The notes under the pieces: generated by a model
Databases searched by the model: none
Seen by the model: only the letters and a program-made list of their open reading frames with translations
What the model was told of the DNA's origin: nothing
Made by a program: the position numbers and the translations under genes
In this document: in pieces, positions 34,130 through 37,735 of the stretch
How the letters are laid out: every line of letters begins with the position of its first letter
Numbering within the stretch: the first letter of the stretch is position 1
Assembly (NCBI GenBank): GCA_902784545.1
Contig: CACZVC010000002.1
Coordinates: forward strand, 1 to 37,735
Length of the DNA stretch: 37,735 nt
Reading direction: 5' to 3'
Origin: an uncultured Ruminococcus sp.
GTDB taxonomy: Bacteria > Bacillota > Clostridia > Oscillospirales > CAG-272

Positions 34130-34330
34130 AAGGAATAAAAAAATGGTAGTTATTGAAATGGAAAACGGCGGGATAATGGAAATAGAGCTTTATCCCGAAA
34201 AGGCGCCTCTTACGGTCGCGAATTTTGAAAAGCTCGTCAAAAGCGGCTTTTATGACGGTCTCGGCTTTCACCGCATAATCGAGGGCTTTATGATACAGGG
34301 CGGCGACCCGAACGGCAACGGCACCGGCGG
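33759..34330 (+). repeat. 49-bp exact direct repeat shared by the two cyclophilin genes (33759-33807 and 34282-34330)
   Basis: AGGGCTTTATGATACAGGGCGGCGACCCGAACGGCAACGGCACCGGCGG occurs in both. Confidence 0.85.
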
Positions 34331-35342
34331 TCCCGGCTGGGAGATCAAGGGCGAATTCGCGTCGAACGGCTGGAAAAACGATCTCAAACACACGCGCGGC
34401 GTTATTTCGATGGCGCGCGCCTCCGATCCCGATTCCGCTGGCTCGCAGTTCTTCATAATGCACGAGGACGCGCCGCATCTCGACGGTCAGTACGCCGCGT
34501 TCGGCAAGCTCGTATCCGGATATGACGTACTCGACGAAATAGCGGCGGTACGCACCGGCTACCGCGACGAGCCGAGATATCCGCAGATAATGAAAAAAGT
34601 ATATATAAAAGAGGACAAAAAGGTGAAATACGGTATACAGCTGTACAGCATGAGAGATTTAGCCGAAAAGGATTTTGACGCGGCGGTCGCAAAGGCGGCG
34701 GAAATCGGCTATTCGATGATCGAATTCGCGGGCTTCTTCGGCAGAACGGCGGAGCAGGTCGTATCCCTGCTTCAAAAGAACGGTATAGAAATATTCGGCA
34801 CTCACACGGGCATTTACGATCTCGTAAACGACTTTGAAGGCACGCTGAAATTCCACAAGGCGATAGGAAACGGGAATTACATAATACCGCACCACAACAT
34901 GAGGAACAAAGCGGAGATCGACGAATTCGTCGACCTCGTAAACAAGTATCAGCCGATGCTCGAAGCCGAGGGGATAAAGCTCGGTTATCACAACCACAGC
35001 ATGGAATGGCTCCCGAACGAGGACGGTCTGATACCAAACGAGGAGCTTTTCAGGCGCACGAACATCGGCTTTGAGATAGACACCTTCTGGGCGTATAACG
35101 CCGGGCGCGATCCGGTTGAGCTTATGGAGCAGTTCAAGGACAGACTGTTATCCATCCACATCAAGGACGGCTTCAAGGGCGGACGCGGAATGCCTCTCGG
35201 CAAGGGCGAGGCGCCCGTCAAGGCGGTCTACGAAAAAGCGCTTGAGCTTGACGTTCCGATGATCGTCGAAAGCGAAACGTGCGACCCCTCCGGCGCGGAC
35301 GAGGCGCAGGTCTGCTTCGACTGTCTGAAATCGTTTGAATAA
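34143..35342 (+). CDS. Fusion of a cyclophilin PPIase (aa 1-~158) and a sugar phosphate isomerase/epimerase TIM barrel (aa ~161-399)
   Basis: FHRIIEGFMIQGGDP, SMARASDPDSAGSQFFI, HLDGQYAAFG; then YGIQLYSMR, IEFAG, GYHNH..E, EIDTFW, IHIKD, VE. Confidence 0.85.
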   Translation: MVVIEMENGGIMEIELYPEKAPLTVANFEKLVKSGFYDGLGFHRIIEGFMIQGGDPNGNGTGGPGWEIKGEFASNGWKNDLKHTRGVISMARASDPDSAGSQFFIMHEDAPHLDGQYAAFGKLVSGYDVLDEIAAVRTGYRDEPRYPQIMKKVYIKEDKKVKYGIQLYSMRDLAEKDFDAAVAKAAEIGYSMIEFAGFFGRTAEQVVSLLQKNGIEIFGTHTGIYDLVNDFEGTLKFHKAIGNGNYIIPHHNMRNKAEIDEFVDLVNKYQPMLEAEGIKLGYHNHSMEWLPNEDGLIPNEELFRRTNIGFEIDTFWAYNAGRDPVELMEQFKDRLLSIHIKDGFKGGRGMPLGKGEAPVKAVYEKALELDVPMIVESETCDPSGADEAQVCFDCLKSFE

Positions 35343-35415
35343 CAAAGCGGATATCTCAGATCACGCGGCGGCGTTTCCGTGCCGCGCGGAGTCTTATAAA
35401 ATTTCATAGCATAAA

Positions 35416-35451
35416 TATCGGCACGGAAATGAATATTTTTCCGCGCCGATA
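35416..35451. terminator. Hairpin between convergent genes
   Basis: TATCGGCACGGAAA-N8-TTTCCGCGCCGATA. Confidence 0.55.
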
Positions 35452-35456
35452 GTGCT

Positions 35457-36098
35457 TTATTCGGTTTTGCTTATATGAAGGAAAAATATTCCGGCTTTGC
35501 CGGGGCAAAGCGCGCCGCCTTCTGCAAGGATCGCCGCCGCCGTGACCATTGCGGGCCAGAAATCAAAGACGAACGCCAAAAGCTGTGCGAGTATCTTTAA
35601 TCCGAAAACGCCGAATATCAGCCTGGACGCACTGTTCGCCTTCTCCTTCATACCGGGTCGCTCGAGCTTGACGGCAAGCTCCCTTATGCCGCCGATTATG
35701 TAGATCATTACCGCGACGTCGCACACGGACTTTACTGTATCGGACAGGTCCTGTACGAAATTGACCTTGCTGAACGAAGCGGATACGACAGACGCGGCTA
35801 TCGAAATGAACAGAAACAGCAGAGCCGAGGCGAAACTGTTTTCATCCTTTTTCGCCTGAACGACGCCGACTATCTGAAATATCGCCGCGAAAACGCCTAA
35901 AGCCGCGCCGCCTAACAACGAGCCCGCCGCGAGGAGTGCGCCGGGTACGGCTTCCTCCGGTATCCTGACGTTCGACGAGAGCTTCAGCGAAACGACGGCG
36001 GCGATACAGCCGACGAGCACGGCGACCGTGGCGATGACCATCACGATCTCCGCGATAAATATCTTTTTTACACCGTTATGAGCGTTTGGAAATCTCAT
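35457..36098 (-). CDS. Hypothetical membrane protein
   Basis: AAGGAG RBS; about 5-6 TM segments. Confidence 0.75.
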   Translation of the reverse strand: MRFPNAHNGVKKIFIAEIVMVIATVAVLVGCIAAVVSLKLSSNVRIPEEAVPGALLAAGSLLGGAALGVFAAIFQIVGVVQAKKDENSFASALLFLFISIAASVVSASFSKVNFVQDLSDTVKSVCDVAVMIYIIGGIRELAVKLERPGMKEKANSASRLIFGVFGLKILAQLLAFVFDFWPAMVTAAAILAEGGALCPGKAGIFFLHISKTE

Positions 36099-36193
36099 TT
36101 TTTACCGTCTCCTTTTGTTTTTTCTTATTTTATCACCGTTTGCGTATTCATTTCAACGTAAAAAAGTAAACAATAAAAAAATAACCGGAATTT

Positions 36194-36219
36194 TGTGACG
36201 ACTGACGTTAAAACCGTTA
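36194..36219 (+). promoter_or_regulatory. Candidate autoregulatory ECF promoter
   Basis: TGTGAC-N15-CGTTA about 35 nt upstream of the ECF sigma gene. Confidence 0.5.
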
Positions 36220-36252
36220 CTGTATATATGAAAGTACTTTCAGGAGAACGCT

Positions 36253-36810
36253 ATGCAGGACAAAAGCATTATAGATATGTTTTTCGACAGAGACGAGGAA
36301 GCGATAAAGCAGACGGACGAGCGGTACGGCGCGCGTCTGCGCAGTCTCGCACGCGGCGTGCTTGACAGCGCGGAGGACGCCGAGGAATGCGTGAACGACG
36401 CGTATCTGGCGGTCTGGAACAGAATACCGCCGGAAAAGCCGGAGTCGCTTTTCGCTTTTGTGTCGAAGATCGTGCGAAACACGGCTCTGACGCGCCTCCG
36501 CGACGGCTCGGCGAAAAAGCGCGGCAAAAACGTCACGGTCTGCCTCGACGGGTTATCCGACATACTGCCGTCGGGCGACGACGTTTCGGAGCGGATCGAG
36601 GCGGCGGAGCTTGCGTCGCTTATAAACGGCTTTTTACGCGCCTGCGGCGAGGACGAGCGCGATATGTTCATTCTGCGCTACTACGGCTTTATGCCGGTGT
36701 CCGACATAGCGAAAAAATACGGGTTTACACAAAGCAAGGTCAAAATGACGCTTAAACGGTGCCGCGACAGACTTAAAGCGCACCTGGAAAGGAACGGTTA
36801 CAACGTATGA
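36253..36810 (+). CDS. ECF-type RNA polymerase sigma factor
   Basis: RDEEAI..YG..DAEECVNDAY..W..IPP..P..L..F..KIVRN; region 4 FILRYY..DIA..SKVK..L.R.R..L. Confidence 0.92.
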   Translation: MQDKSIIDMFFDRDEEAIKQTDERYGARLRSLARGVLDSAEDAEECVNDAYLAVWNRIPPEKPESLFAFVSKIVRNTALTRLRDGSAKKRGKNVTVCLDGLSDILPSGDDVSERIEAAELASLINGFLRACGEDERDMFILRYYGFMPVSDIAKKYGFTQSKVKMTLKRCRDRLKAHLERNGYNV

Positions 36811-37735
36811 AGAATATCGATACGCTTACGGACGCCATAGGCGGAATAGACGATAAAATGATAGAAAAGGCTTATGAAAGACGTGCAAATAAAAAAAGCC
36901 GCGCCGGCGTATGGGAGATCGTCGGCATCGCCGCGTCGTTCGTTTTTATAGCGGGGTTTGCATTCTTACTCTCCCGCTTTACGGAAAAGAACGTGAATCA
37001 AGCCGCTTACGGCGGGACGGATCAGCTGCTTTACGAAAAAGACTTTACGGATTATAATACGCATAACATCGGATTCACGTCGGACGACGGCGCGCTTGAA
37101 TATGAGCTGAAGCTGATCTTGCCGTCAGACGAGCGTTTCTTCTTTAAATGCTATGCAAAGGTAATAAACAAATCCGGTAATGAGATAGAACTGCACAGGC
37201 TGCCTGATTATAATTATAATTCATTCTTTTATCTGGAAAATCTGCTCAAAAGCGCGGAATATGAGCAAACGTTTGTATACAAGGGAAACGCAAAAAAAGA
37301 AACGGTAAAGCTGAAACCGGGCGAATCGTATGAAGAGCTTTTGACGTACACAGACGGCGTAAACAAAAATATGAAAAACGATTACGTTCAATACGTGCAC
37401 GACGTTTCAGGATATCTGACAGTCACCGTAATCCTTGATCCGGAAATGTCAAGAACGTGGGGCAAGAGCTTTTACTGGTTTGAAGGCAAATATTACAAAA
37501 ACAACGGTAAAACAATAGAGATCGGCGAGGATGATTACGGATATTTCATATGTGAAGATCAAAGAGTAAAGGGGCTTGAGGGATTCATAGGCGATTCGTA
37601 TGAAGACCCGATAAGCGGTCAGCACATTGAAGTTGACGGATACGGTATATCTGAAGAGCTCATAAGTATGGAAAATCCGCCTACGCTGTATTATAAGCCG
37701 GGCGATAAGATAGATTTCATTAACGATCCGGCACA
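36807..37735 (+). CDS. Putative membrane-anchored anti-sigma factor, 3' end outside the window; absent from the ORF track
   Basis: ATGA overlap with the sigma stop; MKNIDTLTDAIGGIDDKMIEKA, basic patch, one TM helix (VWEIVGIAASFVFIAGFAFLL), then an extracellular domain; frame open to the edge. Confidence 0.8.
   Translation, partial: MKNIDTLTDAIGGIDDKMIEKAYERRANKKSRAGVWEIVGIAASFVFIAGFAFLLSRFTEKNVNQAAYGGTDQLLYEKDFTDYNTHNIGFTSDDGALEYELKLILPSDERFFFKCYAKVINKSGNEIELHRLPDYNYNSFFYLENLLKSAEYEQTFVYKGNAKKETVKLKPGESYEELLTYTDGVNKNMKNDYVQYVHDVSGYLTVTVILDPEMSRTWGKSFYWFEGKYYKNNGKTIEIGEDDYGYFICEDQRVKGLEGFIGDSYEDPISGQHIEVDGYGISEELISMENPPTLYYKPGDKIDFINDPA

Noticed and set aside
1-37735. Prophage, IS, integron, defence system or diversity-generating retroelement
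   Set aside because: No integrase, transposase, reverse transcriptase, nuclease or phage genes; the direct repeats found are explained by paralogous domains

Overview
Chromosomal segment of a spore-forming Clostridia-type Firmicute (spoIIID, SLH and dockerin proteins, near-consensus sigmaA promoters). I found no mobile elements, CRISPR arrays, rRNA or tRNA. From left to right it holds: a partial DUF4838 lipoprotein; a feoA-feoB fusion / Cys-rich peptide / GH106-like operon with a structured leader; two secreted dockerin-bearing non-catalytic proteins; a membrane EAL phosphodiesterase divergent from a DHH phosphoesterase resembling pGpG hydrolases; and a minus-strand glycan-processing cluster (2x GH36, SGNH esterase, PHP hydrolase, O-acetylesterase lipoprotein, 1027-aa orphan lipoprotein). 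Then come an orphan STAS gene, two paralogous lipoproteins sharing an unassigned ~130-aa domain with the 1027-aa protein, cytidylate-kinase-like, DUF4349 and YdbC genes, spoIIID, an SLH protein, a GH99-like hydrolase, tandem cyclophilins (the second fused to a sugar isomerase barrel) and an ECF sigma/anti-sigma pair. The strongest leads are (1) a family of Thr/Glu-stalked lipoproteins with a shared unnamed domain around the glycan cluster, (2) a candidate RNA switch in the feoAB leader, (3) terminator hairpins built around alternative-sigma promoters at spoIIID and DUF4349, (4) a possible two-step c-di-GMP breakdown pair and (5) the cyclophilin-isomerase fusion. All family calls come from motif recognition by eye; no database searches were run.
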